A stretch of DNA of 56,307 nucleotides, the filler included, from Sphacelaria rigidula (taxonomy: Eukaryota): assembly GCA_964200075.2 (NCBI GenBank). It is 7 parts of 7 records of this genome, joined end to end, with 100 filler letters (N's around TTAATTAATTAA, not from the genome) between each part and the next. Parts side by side here need not be neighbours in the genome. Positions count along the whole stretch, not along the records: positions 32,235 to 40,192 come from CAXNAA020012839.1; positions 40,293 to 48,250 come from CAXNAA020012840.1; positions 48,351 to 56,307 come from CAXNAA020012841.1; 4 more parts are not named here. The stretch is one strand, 5' to 3'. This document shows, one piece after another, positions 37,855 to 50,899 of the stretch. The notes beneath the pieces are model-generated. The model saw only the letters and a list, made by a program, of their open reading frames with translations, was not told where the DNA came from and ran no database searches. Each line of letters opens with the position of its first letter. The first letter of the stretch is position 1. The translations under genes were made by a program, and so were the position numbers.

Positions 37855-40123
37855 GTTGTTTTGTGGTGAGGGTGGGTAACCGAATTGCGCGGACGCCTAT
37901 GGGTGGTACATTCAGTACAAAGCCGGGCATTTCTAATATTTTTGTTCGCATCTTACTCTATGCAGACCCCAACTCAGACAGCACGGTACTGGTTGTACTG
38001 CACATTGCCTGCATTGCGAAATTCTCAGTAGCGAGGAAATATCGTTTCGCGAATTCCGCACAGTAGCTCTTCTCTACTATGCGCGTGCAAATTTACTCAG
38101 ACCCAAACGGCGCAAATAGAACGAATTCGATCGAATCAATTTCGCCGCTTTTTTACGGTGTCCGTTGTTTCTGTTATAATTGACACCCCCTGGAAAGTGA
38201 ACCGGGGCTATGATGAAACCGCTGTTGAGCGAACCGTTCCAATTTCCGAGATAGGGTCCGTCGACGGAGCATGTGATGGATACTGCCAACGACGATCGAC
38301 TACGGTACTGTAGGATGCTGTAGTCTGGTTTTATATAAAAGCTTTGTCCACACACTACATTTTTACCCCTTGCCCACGCCCGGTTTGAAGCAGATACTAT
38401 CCTCTACAGAGCTGGAGGCCGGTCTCATGACCCAAGACATTGTCCGCCGACACACGCCTGGAATCCTCTTCACGGTCGAGATTGGACAAGAAGGCGGAAG
38501 TTGTGCTGGCCCGATGTGACGTGTCGAGGTGTTACCTATTCTACACCAACATATCGTACGAGTTCTGTTTCTCTCGAGTTCATGCGGTTCATATTTGCCA
38601 TGCTCATGGTATAACGTTCCTTAGTGTGAACGATCGTGGGAGAGGGGAGGGGGGGGGAGAAGGGGTGAAGCGAATGGTCGTACAGAGACTGCGGTAAGTG
38701 ACGAGTCATGACAAATGACGTCAGTTGGTAAGAAAAGGAGCCACTGTTGTATCAGTTCTTCAGTACCATAAAATAGGATAATTCTAGCGTCTTTCTTCGT
38801 GTACACCTGGAAGACACATATTTGGCGGGCCATAAATTTATTAGAGAGCAAACGGAACGAAGGTTGGTCATGTACTTGCTGCATGTACTACCAATACCGT
38901 ACTGCAAATATGCTACTTAAATACAGTCTGTGGGATCGGCTCTTCACTGTGAAACGTACAAAAAATGAGGGTTTTGAAATAGTACAGTGGCGTACCGCCA
39001 GCTAATGGAGAGGGTTCATGCACGTTTAGAACACGCGATTGGGATCCAACCTGAAAGCGGAAGCCTCTATTATTGCTGTTGTGACTACTAGAGCAGGTCA
39101 TGATGAAGTTGCTATCGATTCAACTGTCGTGCTTACATCTATACGTCGATATCCTACTCAGAGACATCAGAAGCTCAAATGGCGAGCTGCAACCAGGAGC
39201 GTACACGGCCTCGCGTATGCCCTGGAGGACCATTTCGGCCGTGACACTTTTTCAGGCGTGAATCGAGCACTAGTGAAAACCTACAGCTCTAGAGACGTGC
39301 TGCTAGACGTGTCCAATGAGATGAAAATATCAACGACTCTCATCTCACGCCTGAGATCTTTATTCGGGCCGCTCCTCGACTGGCTGCGCAAAATATTACA
39401 CGAGAAACACCTGTCGATAGATAAGGATTTCTTGTTCTTTGGGCTCTCGATCCAATCCTTTACATTCAATTTGGAGAAAAGGTTCAGGTAGCTTTCCAAG
39501 GGAGGGAGGGGCAGGAGGGGGGGGGTAGTTTCCCGGAAGGTGTCTTTGAGTGGTACCATTTCCCACAATTCCAGATGACATCAACAAATGTTCGTTCCCA
39601 TTTTTTGAATCCGCTGTTGGTTGCGAATAATGTGTACATGCCCGTAGGGATGAGGACGTGTTGCAGTGTCACGACAAGTTTCACTCGCTCATTGATGATG
39701 TGACCACCGCAGTAGGTCTCTACATTCTACTAGCTTCGCTCGTCTTCGGTTTGGAACATCCATCATGCGCGGTATGCGTCATGAGAGGGGTAGAGGACCG
39801 TGATACCGACCGATGTGGTTCTTGAAATATTAATTATTAATCTTCCGAGTAAGGGGGGTGGGTTGTTTCGGCATCGGATAAGGCCCACCTCGTGTTGGCA
39901 AACAGTAATCGTCGTGAAATAAATTCCCACGAATGAGATCAACGTGTGTTGTCTTTCAAACACACCTCAAGAGGCTTACGCTAGCTGCCAAGCACTCGAC
40001 TTCATCATAAGATATGATCCATTGACACAACTCTGTTGTTGGCGACGGTTACGTTGTTGGCCAAATCCGGAACCTCCCAGTACGCGTTGAACTATCATTG
40101 TTTATGGTAAGTGAGAGTAAATG

Positions 40124-40187
40124 GTGTTTTCGTGAGATTGAGAGTAGATGATACGATTGAGAGTGGAAAGCGGTCAATCAGTGAATG
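40124..40187 (-). repeat. End of the MITE family seen at 1-422
   Basis: Near-exact reverse complement of 1-64. Confidence 0.85.
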
Positions 40188-40192
40188 AATCG

Positions 40193-40292
40193 NNNNNNNN
40201 NNNNNNNNNNNNNNNNNNNNNNNNNNNNNNNNNNNNTTAATTAATTAANNNNNNNNNNNNNNNNNNNNNNNNNNNNNNNNNNNNNNNNNNNN
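40193..40292. other. Artificial contig spacer
   Basis: N44-TTAATTAATTAA-N44. Confidence 0.98.
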
Positions 40293-43200
40293 TGCTTGCA
40301 CTGGGTCTGCATACATGTGTGACATCAGTCTCTGATATGTCACTGCAAAGGATATCTCCCACACTTTACTGTCTTTGGTGCTACCTCCATCTTATCAAGA
40401 GTAACACATGGAATAACCTCCAACTCAGACTCCCCTGTTTTTCTTGGATCATCCGTGTCACCCAGGAATGCTAGTATCCTGTCGGTGCCCCACAACCCCT
40501 CCATCGTTACCTACAACGCACTGTGATCGCCTTCTAGATGCTGTAGGCCAGGAACATGTTGATGCAGTTGCTGCTCTTGGCGTTGTTGGTGTAGCAGTCG
40601 TGTCTGTTGCCTCGTCCGACCCAGCGTCGGCTCAACCAAATCTAGTTGATTCGCGGCATCTCCGCCGCCGACAGACGATGCCTCCGACGAATCACGACCG
40701 GAAGATGGTGCAGACGATGAAGACGACGTAGACGATGCAGGCGGCTGCTCCACTGTGTTCTCGCCGTCGTCGTTCTATGGTCCCTGCTCAGGTTCCGACC
40801 GGTCATTGTCATATCCCTCACGCTCCTCGGACACCGCATCATCCGTGATTCACCCCCCACACACTCCGAGGTCCGACTCCCCTGAATCAGAGTCCTCGGC
40901 AGCGCGTTCCCCGCTCTCTACATCCTGCGAGATTTCCCCACCCCGCCTAGAAAATGGAACCGCTGTTTGCAAACTTGAGGGCGGTAAAAAACACCAAGTG
41001 ACATTGCGAGTGGGGATGACATATCTACCCTTCGTATGCATTCTCATTGGAGTCACGAGGGTATAGTTGTAACCAGGTTCTCAGCAAAACCGCTCCTGTA
41101 CTTTGGGCATACACTTTGACGTTCTCTTGTACTTGACGCACCCCGGCTTGAAGAAAGGTAAAAGTTTCACCTGGGGGATTACACCGTAGTATAGTCTATC
41201 GGGACACTTCTTACCAGGGTTAGCCGTGGTAGCAGAGCGATTTAATGAGTCTGCTGCCCAGCGATACGATCCAGTCCATATTCTTGCCGAAACATCAACA
41301 TCGTACAGTACCTTCGCCTGAATTCGTGCAGACATAGCGGCCTGCTCAACCATTGCTATCGCACGCTCAGCCACACCGTTATCCCCAGGGCTGTCTGCTG
41401 GGTACTCCTGTCTAATCCCTCGTGTCCTACACAGGTAGCTGAAAGACGCAGCAAACTATCCACCGCCGTCCGACATTACAGTTTCCAATACCGAGGAAAT
41501 GTGCTTTGCACCTACAGCTGCGAGGTACTGCTCGAATGCTCTCGTAGTGCCAGACTTGTGTTTCCCGAAATGTATCCAAATTTTTCGCGAAAAATCATCC
41601 CGAATTGGAAACGAATACTTCATACCACCCGTACTCTCTACTAACTTTGGTCCGGAAGCATCCATGAACACTCGTTCAAACAGCTTTTCTGTTCTAGTGT
41701 TGGTTGAAGTCGTAATGGGTTTCCGCAGCCCCTTGGCCATAGAGCACTCCTTGCATTCCTCCAACTTCCCCACAAAAGACACCCCTTGCTGCTTCGCGGT
41801 TTCCCGCAACAAGCCCTCGCGCAGGTGGCCATGAGACGGATGAAACAGATAAATGTTCACTTGATCGAGGTTGATTTGCCTATTTCCAGGGGCGAGGATA
41901 GCGTTGGCAGACTCATCGTGGTCAACTCCAAGATCCGTCAAGACGGTTGATGGTGGAAATCGAGTGAAAACCATGATATCATTTCTTCCTTGTTAAAATA
42001 CACTTCCCTATTTCAGGCAAAGTAATCACAGTCCTTCTCTTTGTCACACCACTCGGCGAATCATGTTCCACGGCCACACTCTGCAGGGAAAACAAATTTG
42101 GCTCGTAATCACACATTCTCTCCTTCGATGGAGTGTGGCATGACGCTCCGCTATCCGCTGTCCAAACCTCCTTACTCCCTTTATCTAGAACTGGGCAGTC
42201 ATCTTGTGCACTGACTGCTGCAGACGCGTGTTCACCAGTTATACTCTCCGTTCTAGCGTATCCAAAATCTCCGGAATCCTTGAAATTGTCCGATGTACAC
42301 ATTGCGACCATCGCATGAAACCCTTTGGAGTGTCCCTTACCACCACATTCCTCATACATTCGTTCAGGGCATCCCGAGTTTAAATGACCAGCCTTCCCAC
42401 ACTCGAAACGCGTTGGATTCTTCCTTCCAGTTTTCTGTGTGTTTGTTGGAATACTGCCGCCAGTATTTCCAGTCACACGGCCGTTACGCTGAACCTTGCT
42501 AATAATATGTGCTGTCGCTGATTTTTGCGACTTATTCCGACACCCTTTACTTTTAGCCTTGGGGGTGGGACCTTTGTTTCCTGTGTATAGGCCGTGGGTT
42601 TTTTCTGCACTACGCAAACCAGCTGTTTTCTTGAGCGACAGATATTTATCTCTGACAACGGCTCGTGTTTTATCCGTCAGCAACAACGGCTTAAAACGTA
42701 GTTGATCTCGTACAGTGTTGTACTCAAAAGGGAAGGGAATTTAAAAACTTGTCCACGACAATCTCTTGAGCAATCTTCAATCCCAGCGACCTAGCACGCG
42801 ACTGTCGCGACTGTAATCGAACCCAGAACTCATCAGTGTCTCGGCCCTTGCTGTACTTTTGATTCTGGAACTCGGGCAAAATGTCCATCTTTGAGCCTGA
42901 TGTTTTCGGAGAAAACTGTTTATCCAAAGCACGCCATACTAAAGAAGGAGATCGCAACTGGAAAAGTATGTGTCTACCGCCCCCATCCTTAACAGTGTTG
43001 AGCAACGAAATATACGCAAATCGTGCTCGTTTGATGTCGTCCGAACTCACACCCAACTCTACTAGCTACTACTCATTCAAAGGATCAACACGAAGCGCAA
43101 GGTCTCTAAACGATCCCTCGCCAAATCCGTACATGAAAGCATACCGCTCAATTACTCGCTTAAAATTCACCCACGCATGGCTCTTACTGCTGTCGAAGCG

Positions 43201-43500
43201 ACGAATTTGTCGAGCCTCTTATGTTCGAGAATCGACATTCAATAGTATCGACGTACCTTGGGTGTTACTTCGTCTTTGTAAATCAACACCCGTATGTGAT
43301 GAAGCTCGGAGGCGTTGCAAGATATACCCTGTGCGGGTCTGCTCGTAGACCATGAGTTCCGTGACGCGTTGTTACCGCGTTTGCTACTGTCATCAGTTGA
43401 GATTCTTCCGGCTTCGCCACATGTCGTTGACCCACCTCAACCAGTTACTGGCTTGGTTACCGGCTTCCCTTGGTCTCTACTCTGGGCCATCACTACGCTC
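40293..43500 (-). pseudogene. Ty1/copia retrotransposon relic: gag, zinc knuckles, protease, GAG-pre-integrase, integrase, linker
   Basis: gag VWRALDKQFSP...KFLNSLP; knuckle FECGKAGHLNSGCP; protease WTADSGASCH; FHPSHGHL and CKECSMAK; VFMDASGP, VMSDGGG and AERAI. Copia domain order, with stops and frameshifts. RT not seen before the contig end. Confidence 0.92.
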
Positions 43501-45292
43501 TGCTCCTATGGCTACGCCACGGCTGTACTGAGTAGGAGAGCTGCTTGTAGATATAACATGGCGATATGAACCACGTGAGTTCCTAACCGGCAGTCTACAC
43601 ATAAATGAACCTACTCTGTGATTGTTCACGATGAATAGCTATAGGTCGTACGATGTGCCCACGTGAGAGCTTGGGTTAGCTGGACCCAACGGTATCTCCT
43701 GATATTCGTACTGAGAGACCTCAGCCAGTGCATTAGCAACACCATCATTATGACAATTTTCGAGATTTCTCGTCGCAACTGTAGTAGAGTTTCCTCTGGA
43801 TGGGCGAGTGTCATGAAGCTAGGAGGCGTTTATAATCAAATCTGGGATATTATAGTTGCGGGTCTGATCAAGCTTGACTATGCCGGATGTGAGACTGAAA
43901 TAAGGTACAGGCATGGTTTTTCCTGAGCCACCCCGGTTACTCGCTAAAATGGAGCTGAGAGCTAAGCAATTGCTATAATAGCCGGAGAGCAACGTGAGAA
44001 AGCATTGAACGGAGCAATAACGAGTACGAGTGAACAAGAGTCTATTATGTCAAGTGGGTATAGCTTACTGCGTGAAGATATCGTAGTGTAAACTGATTTT
44101 GGACACAACCTGACCCTTGCCAGTGCCAGGACTGATCTTGCAGGCACCTGACCTGACCGGGGTGCACACAAGAGCGTGCACGCTTAACAACACTAAAACA
44201 CGTACTCAAATCCGTTGTATTTGGGAATCCAAGACCGGACATCCTACCTAACGCCGTGCTATTTATTGACTTAGGTACTTGCAGCTCCTCCGGATTAAGC
44301 AACGGTCCAGCTACTGAGCGGTGTTCCCCTTGTTCCAAAGTCCATCGGAGCAGCTTCCTGCCTTGGCGAACCTTCTATTCCCACCGTTGCGGAAGCCTCT
44401 CTAGCCCTACTAGCTTGCCATTCCATGTAGCTATGGTAGTCTTCACCTATGTGACTAAGGTTTCTTGAGCGGAAGCCTCCTGCTCCGCTACTACGTTTCT
44501 ACTTGCCTGCTGCTCGCTTCCCGTACCACTGGTGGTGAAAGCCTATCTACTGGCCCTAGTCTATCGTAAGTACTGAACGCTAGCGTGTCGATATACTTCG
44601 AGCACACACTGGTTCAAGCAGCACCGAGTGCTTAACCAGAAAGTAGAAGGCAGCTCACACAACTCCAGTTGCCGATATGGAAATCGATCAAACAAAGTTA
44701 TGAAGATATCTTATTTTATCATGTTGAATACCACCGGCATAAGAGAGGGGAACACACACACTGATCACACAGGGGCGAGGGGTGCGGACGTGCACCTTCA
44801 TCAGCTCCTCCGTAAGCTATGATAAATGTCCCTTATTTTTTCCAATCGAGAACGCACAGCACACTTTAAGACAACTCTACGTTTGTTCTATCACTCTGGA
44901 AAGTAAAATGAGATCAGCACCGTCCCCGAAACCAGTCCGTACCGTCGGGTAACTCGCCGCACTTTCTACCAACGATCTCGGAACATTATACTGAATCTTA
45001 CGCTCTTGCATTTCACGCTGTTCCCCATGAGTCAAATTACGACATGATCAACACCTCTCCTGGATATTTTTGTAGCTAGCATTGGGTAAACACATGTACC
45101 CCCTGCTGCCCGTGCACAGTAGTCAATTCATGGGCGACCTACATATATATATATTCGTTGATCTACCTCACTCGACTGCATGACGGTATATAACACCCCC
45201 ATGTATCGAAACTAACAGGCATCCACGTTGCATAGTCATACGTATTGCGCATGCTGCCGCGCCAATTCTGCAGTATACAGACCACTACAAGT

Positions 45293-45547
45293 GAGTCATG
45301 CTACGATAGGGGGGGAGGTTTTTTGGGCCGTTTTCTTCCACGAAGTTCTACTCGAAATCGTCGTTGATAGCAGCAACGATTGTTCAAACGCGCTTGCTTC
45401 CGATCAATAACGCTCATTCATACGGCTTTACACCGCTTTTACTCAAAGACAAGCGGACCGCGAGTGTGCTAGGTCGTCGGAAGCATTTATGAGCCCATTT
45501 TTTCGTGGAATCAAATACCCCCCCCCCCCCCTATCGTACCATGGCTC
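45293..45547 (+). mobile_element. Sola2-like MITE (GAG...CTC termini, 4-bp TSD AAGT)
   Basis: AAGT|GAGTCATGCTACGATAGGGGGGG...CCCCCCCTATCGTACCATGGCTC|AAGT. Confidence 0.78.
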
Positions 45548-48161
45548 AAGTATCGGCACGGTATGGTGCCGTCCTGGACGGTATTGTACAGTCCAGTACA
45601 GCACCATACCGTGCGCATTGTTGCGAGGATGTCCCTGCTATATCTTGTTGTTATTGTTGTTATAATTGCCTTGGTGTGTCATCTGGTAAGCACGGGACTA
45701 CGGGTTTTCAGGACTCCAATGTACACGGTGAGAAGGCGTATGCCGTAGTCGCACCATTACCACAGCTGAGTGTAGTGGACATACACTCGCAGTCAGTGTA
45801 TGAGATTTGCAAGCAGCACATGCTGTTGGAAATTCCCTTATTGCCCCAAGTGACATGTGAATCGGGGGGCGAAAGGATGGGTTTTCAACAAGTTCTTATG
45901 CCTCTCGAATCTAATTGCTGATTACGGTAGAGTATGTGGGACTTGCACAGCTGAGGCTGTTCGCTATAAGTTCTGTTTTTGCCCGGTTTCAGGATGAATT
46001 GGCGGGCAAAGGGAGGATTTACGAGATAGCCCTCTCACAAAAAGTGCACCTGAGACCGTCCGACAAACCGGCTGCGATTCCACTATTGGGCTCGTTTAAA
46101 GCAATTTCGCCCCACATGAGAGGTGCGTAGCAGTCTGAAATCAGCTATAACGCCCAAATGAGTCGCGTCGTGCAGCACAAAACCAGCTCTAACGGCATCC
46201 ATGATCATCGCCTCCGTGCACTTTTTTGGCCGGTTCGGGGGGGGCTATCTCGGCAGCAGACGGGGCTTCTGCTGTACAAATTCCAAATCTGCCAGTGTAT
46301 GGGATTTGCACAGCAGAAGCGTTTCGAAATGTATCCTCTTTTTGCCCATTGTTGGAAACTGGGGAGAGGAGGATATATTTGGAACAGCTTTTCCTGCTGC
46401 ATATGTAATTCTACATATCTTGTAAGACATGATTTGAAATTTTGAAATTGGGAGTGCCCCCACAGTGTCGAGAAAAACGCTATACAAAATGCTGGTAGAG
46501 GTACTAGGGTTTGCAAATGCTGTACAGGAGTTCTCACAGAGACTGTGGAGAACCCTGTGCAGCACGTCCTACAGGGTGTTATCTGTCCACGCTTGTGGGG
46601 ACCAACAATGTTTTCGCTGCAACCCTTACACCATATGATTGGCAATACTTTTATGAGATACACTTCGTGCGTACAGCCGCCGAGCGGCAACGGCATCCTC
46701 TGCGTTACATCGTACCGGTGCTGATGGAAATAACTTGGCCGAAACGTTCGACAATCTACGCGGCGTCTTCAAGGGAAAGCTGCGCAAGTAATGAAGTAGT
46801 GATGACAGACGTTATCGAGTCGTGCATCAACCGTGTCAATAGCCCTGCCACTCACCAGCGCATTCTGTAAAATGTTGCTGCTCCGTTTGACAAAAAGAGG
46901 AGCGTCGTCGGTAGGTTTGGGCAAATATATGGCTACTCGCACCGGAGGATACCTTCACATCGATGCTCTATCAAGTCAATATTTACGAACTATCAAGGTC
47001 GCTATGATCGCCCCGCAATAAAAAGCAGCTACATAGACATACCTTCGTCTTGATGCCCCCAGAACGGGTGCACATCCATGGATAATATGCTATCGTGCTG
47101 CATGTAGATGGTGTTCACCACACAGGACAGCTAGAGACCTCGATGCTATTTCCTTTGTTGCGACGGTCTGTTAGCACTTGAACAGCCCCGCCAGCTACTC
47201 GGTGCTCACTTTTTAGACTGTGTCCGGAAGAAAAGTATGAGTCGGAGTTGGTAGTGGCAAAAGCTATATATAGGTGATTCCGTCGTAGTATTTTGCCTAG
47301 TGTCAACTGAGAACTTCGATTCCTAGTAACGTTGAGGTTGTTGGTGATCGGGTATTGCATGGCGTCGTAGGTGCGCGTGGCCCATGTTGTTTTTTTTGTG
47401 TATAGGATGGTTCACGTTTATCACCCAAAATATCTTCATCGGCAAAATTTCACGCCGTCTCTTGGATTTAGACTTTGAAAAATGCACATTTACTTGCGGT
47501 CATTAGAAACTTCTGAGGGATGAGGGTTTTTTTTTTCTTTTGTCGGTTTTCCGGGGGTCCCAGGGTTCTCGGGGGCTAGTTGTACCAGCTACTAATACGT
47601 TGACACGAACGATTGTACAATCTGGGGGCTTGCCTTACACCGCTGCTGCCGTATCAGCACTGAGTTCTACTGCCCACACTCCGGGTGCGACTCTCGGTAC
47701 AATGTTTGGAGCTACGCATATTCAATCAAGCACCCAGGTATTTGCCCGCGAACTTCGCCCCGGAACGCTTACTTTCGGGTTTACCGGCCATCAAGTACGT
47801 GCAACAGACCTGTCGCATGGTGACTAACCGACCCTGGTTTTATTGTGAGTAATGGCAAGCCACGTGCGCGTGTTCGTTACGGTGCCAGCACTCCGTTGAG
47901 CAGTCGATCGATCTACTGCGATCACTCTTTGGAAATCGGTTACAACTACAGCACATGCCCCACTTTATTCTAGCTCTACGCTACCTACTCTCATGGTGGA
48001 ATTGACTGTTCTTTCATGGGTCACGCAGCATCGCGTGAACGTTTTGCCTCGCTTCGAAGCAAAGTGCAGTGTGTGTTCTCAGTCGAATTGAGTCGATGTC
48101 ATCGTATTGCACACTGTACCGCGGTTGTTTTCTTTAAACGTGTGATCCTCGCGGCCCTCCT

Positions 48162-48250
48162 GAGTCATCCTACGATAGGGGGGGGGGGATTTTCGGGCCA
48201 TTTGTTGCTCGAAATATCGACTCAGATCGTCGTTGAAAGCAGCAACGGTT
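48162..48250 (+). mobile_element. Left end of a third Sola2-like MITE, cut by the contig end
   Basis: GAGTCATCCTACGATAGGGGGG...ATCGTCGTTGAAAGCAGCAACG aligns with 45293-45380. Confidence 0.75.
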
Positions 48251-48350
48251 NNNNNNNNNNNNNNNNNNNNNNNNNNNNNNNNNNNNNNNNNNNNTTAATT
48301 AATTAANNNNNNNNNNNNNNNNNNNNNNNNNNNNNNNNNNNNNNNNNNNN
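48251..48350. other. Artificial contig spacer
   Basis: N44-TTAATTAATTAA-N44. Confidence 0.98.
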
Positions 48351-50899
48351 TGGAATGGCGCAAAAGTTGCGTGGATACCCGTTGGACCAGCGATCAACTT
48401 TTTTCTCCCTTTTTGGGCAATCAGGCGGAAGAAATCGTGAATTTGGTGGTTTTGAGTCGTGATGATTTGTCCTAACCGCGAAACCTTGCAACAGAGCAAG
48501 CACAGGTGGTACATGAAACGTACATTATGAACCATCACAGCTGGTGGTTTTCGAGCCGGCGACATGAGCTTACTCGCGTAGACCTATCTCTGCCTTTCGC
48601 AATGAGTCCGCCCTGCGAACGCACAGTGGTCATAAACCATCTGTTTCAAAGGCAAGAGGCTGAAACACCCTCAAAAGATGATCAACTAGGTGAATCGCTG
48701 GTTCCTGCGACATAATTCGACCATTGCATTCTTGCCCGACTGTCGACACCGCTTGGGGGTATCATTAACTTCTCTACTTTTGCCCCCGAAATGTCGGACG
48801 TTTTCGGACAGTTTCTAGGTTCTCCGGAAAACGTGAGCGCAGGTTTCTCAACCACTTCAGGAAATAGCTCAATTCAAGACTGACTACATATTTCTCAGAG
48901 ACTTTAGCGTCGTTTTTTTTGTTTCCAGCAAACAATTTCTCGGGGAACATCAGTAAAATTCCAGTCGTTCGGGAACAGTCAAGGAGGAAAAAAAACACTG
49001 AGAAACATCCCGAGGTGACAACACTCTTCACTGTAGGAACCATTTTGGCGGCGAAGGGGTCGATTTTTGTCTATGATCGTCCACTGACGACTTGTCGCGG
49101 CGCGGGTTCCGTGGAACACTCAACACTCCTGCAGTAAATATCCTTCCTAACGCCTCCTAGTCAAAGGTTAAAGGGTTAACAAGGTGTCATGACTAGGTGT
49201 TACGATTTATTCACGGGTGATCGCTCCGCAACTGCCTGCCATTGTTATTGTTGTTATCGTTGTTGTTGTTGCTGTCTTCACATTCAAAACCGTCCCGATA
49301 TCTGCGTAGTACTGTACTGGGCATCTGATGCGGACGCCTTCCGTGGTCACAGGCTAACTACCCCCAAGCTAGGGTAAAAGAAGATAATAGAAATAAAATC
49401 GGACCCAGAAGCAATTCACACACACGCGATACAATCACTGACGCCTCAAACAGGTGGGGATCAACGTGCCCATTCCCGTACCGCTCCCCTTCTTTTCCTT
49501 CACTGGCTCGCACGCTTCATTTCGAGGCGATATCAACTTCTACGGCAAGCAGGTGGGGAATCACGCCGTTGTTTAGCCCCTGAGCACGAAACCTGGTCCC
49601 ATCTATCTGTGGGGCTAGTAACACTTCACAAGCTCATGATTTCGCAACATCACTGGATTTTTCTGTTCTTCGTTGATGGCGCAGAAAGAAGGATGCTGCC
49701 TTATGGTAATTTTTATATCTGGATTGTGCCACGCAAACTGCGCAGACCGGTAGGTGCTGTAGATCTCACTACCTCCGGGTTGTGTTGTGCTATCAATGTT
49801 ATATGATAATAATAGACGCACAGCATGTTGGTACTGTAGATGCGAATCACTGTACGCTGTACGTACCCTGCAAATTCTCCATCTCCCATTGCTGTTCGTG
49901 ACGGTGTATACTGTAGTGATACTCACCTGGACGTGGAGTAAGTGCCGCACCGGTACCACCCCATGGTAGTTTTATTTTTTATTTAGCACGCCAGACATAT
50001 CCTGGACACGATGAGACAGACAAGCTATAATGCATGGCAGTCAGTGTCTCGTTGTATAGTATAACATGTGCGTTGTACAACGCCCAGTGCTATTCTGTAC
50101 TGTCGAATTATGTTGCACAAGGAAAAAGCTCTCGGGCTACTTTACTTAGCTTTGGTCATGAGGGGTTTATCTGCGTTCTCTTCATGGAATGCCTGCAGCG
50201 AGTTGGTCAACATGTTCTGTGTGACGTGTTCAAGAAACGCAAAACAAAATAAATATTGCAGACTATAATGTATTAATAGTGGTGCGTACATCGTTGTGAA
50301 TATAGAAGTGGTGCTCGCCATCAGACGATCTGTGTTCCTCCGGTTGTGACAAATTCCCTGCATTAGTTCTTGCCGGCCGTAATCGCCCCACCAGCTAATT
50401 CCATGCTATTGTCTTCCCGTAGATGTCTACATGGCAATATTCACCCACTCACTGTTGTTTCCCTCCCAGTGTTCGCCCCGCTCGCAGTTCCTCACATAAT
50501 GCAAACCTTTTTCGCCCCACGGTTCGCCCCCCCCTCCCGGGAATGTCAAAACGGCAACTACTGCGAACGTGTTCAACGGCACCGTGTAATTCGGGCGATG
50601 GGGTGGGTGGATGCACCGCAACGCGTGATGGTTCGCGGGAAAAGGGCGTGCAATTCTACAGTCGCGTGAAGACCATCACATCGTCGTGGCCTTATCACGC
50701 ATCACCCAAAAGCCAAGGAGTTTCCACATCTATGCCCACGCATAAGTAGCCAAGCTTTAGAAGTGCCGGTTGTATATACGGACATGAGAAGACTGGCTCG
50801 ATATTTCGCGAAAAAAGCAGAAGTAATGAATACCTGACTCACTTTCGAGTGGTGATGATCGATTGCCACCTTCGGGTGATCTCGTGTTAATGCTGGGAA

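Noticed and set aside
48765..49179. Another piggyBac-like MITE (TTAAC... / ...AAGGGTTAA)
   Set aside because: The left end matches the right TIR too poorly to call.
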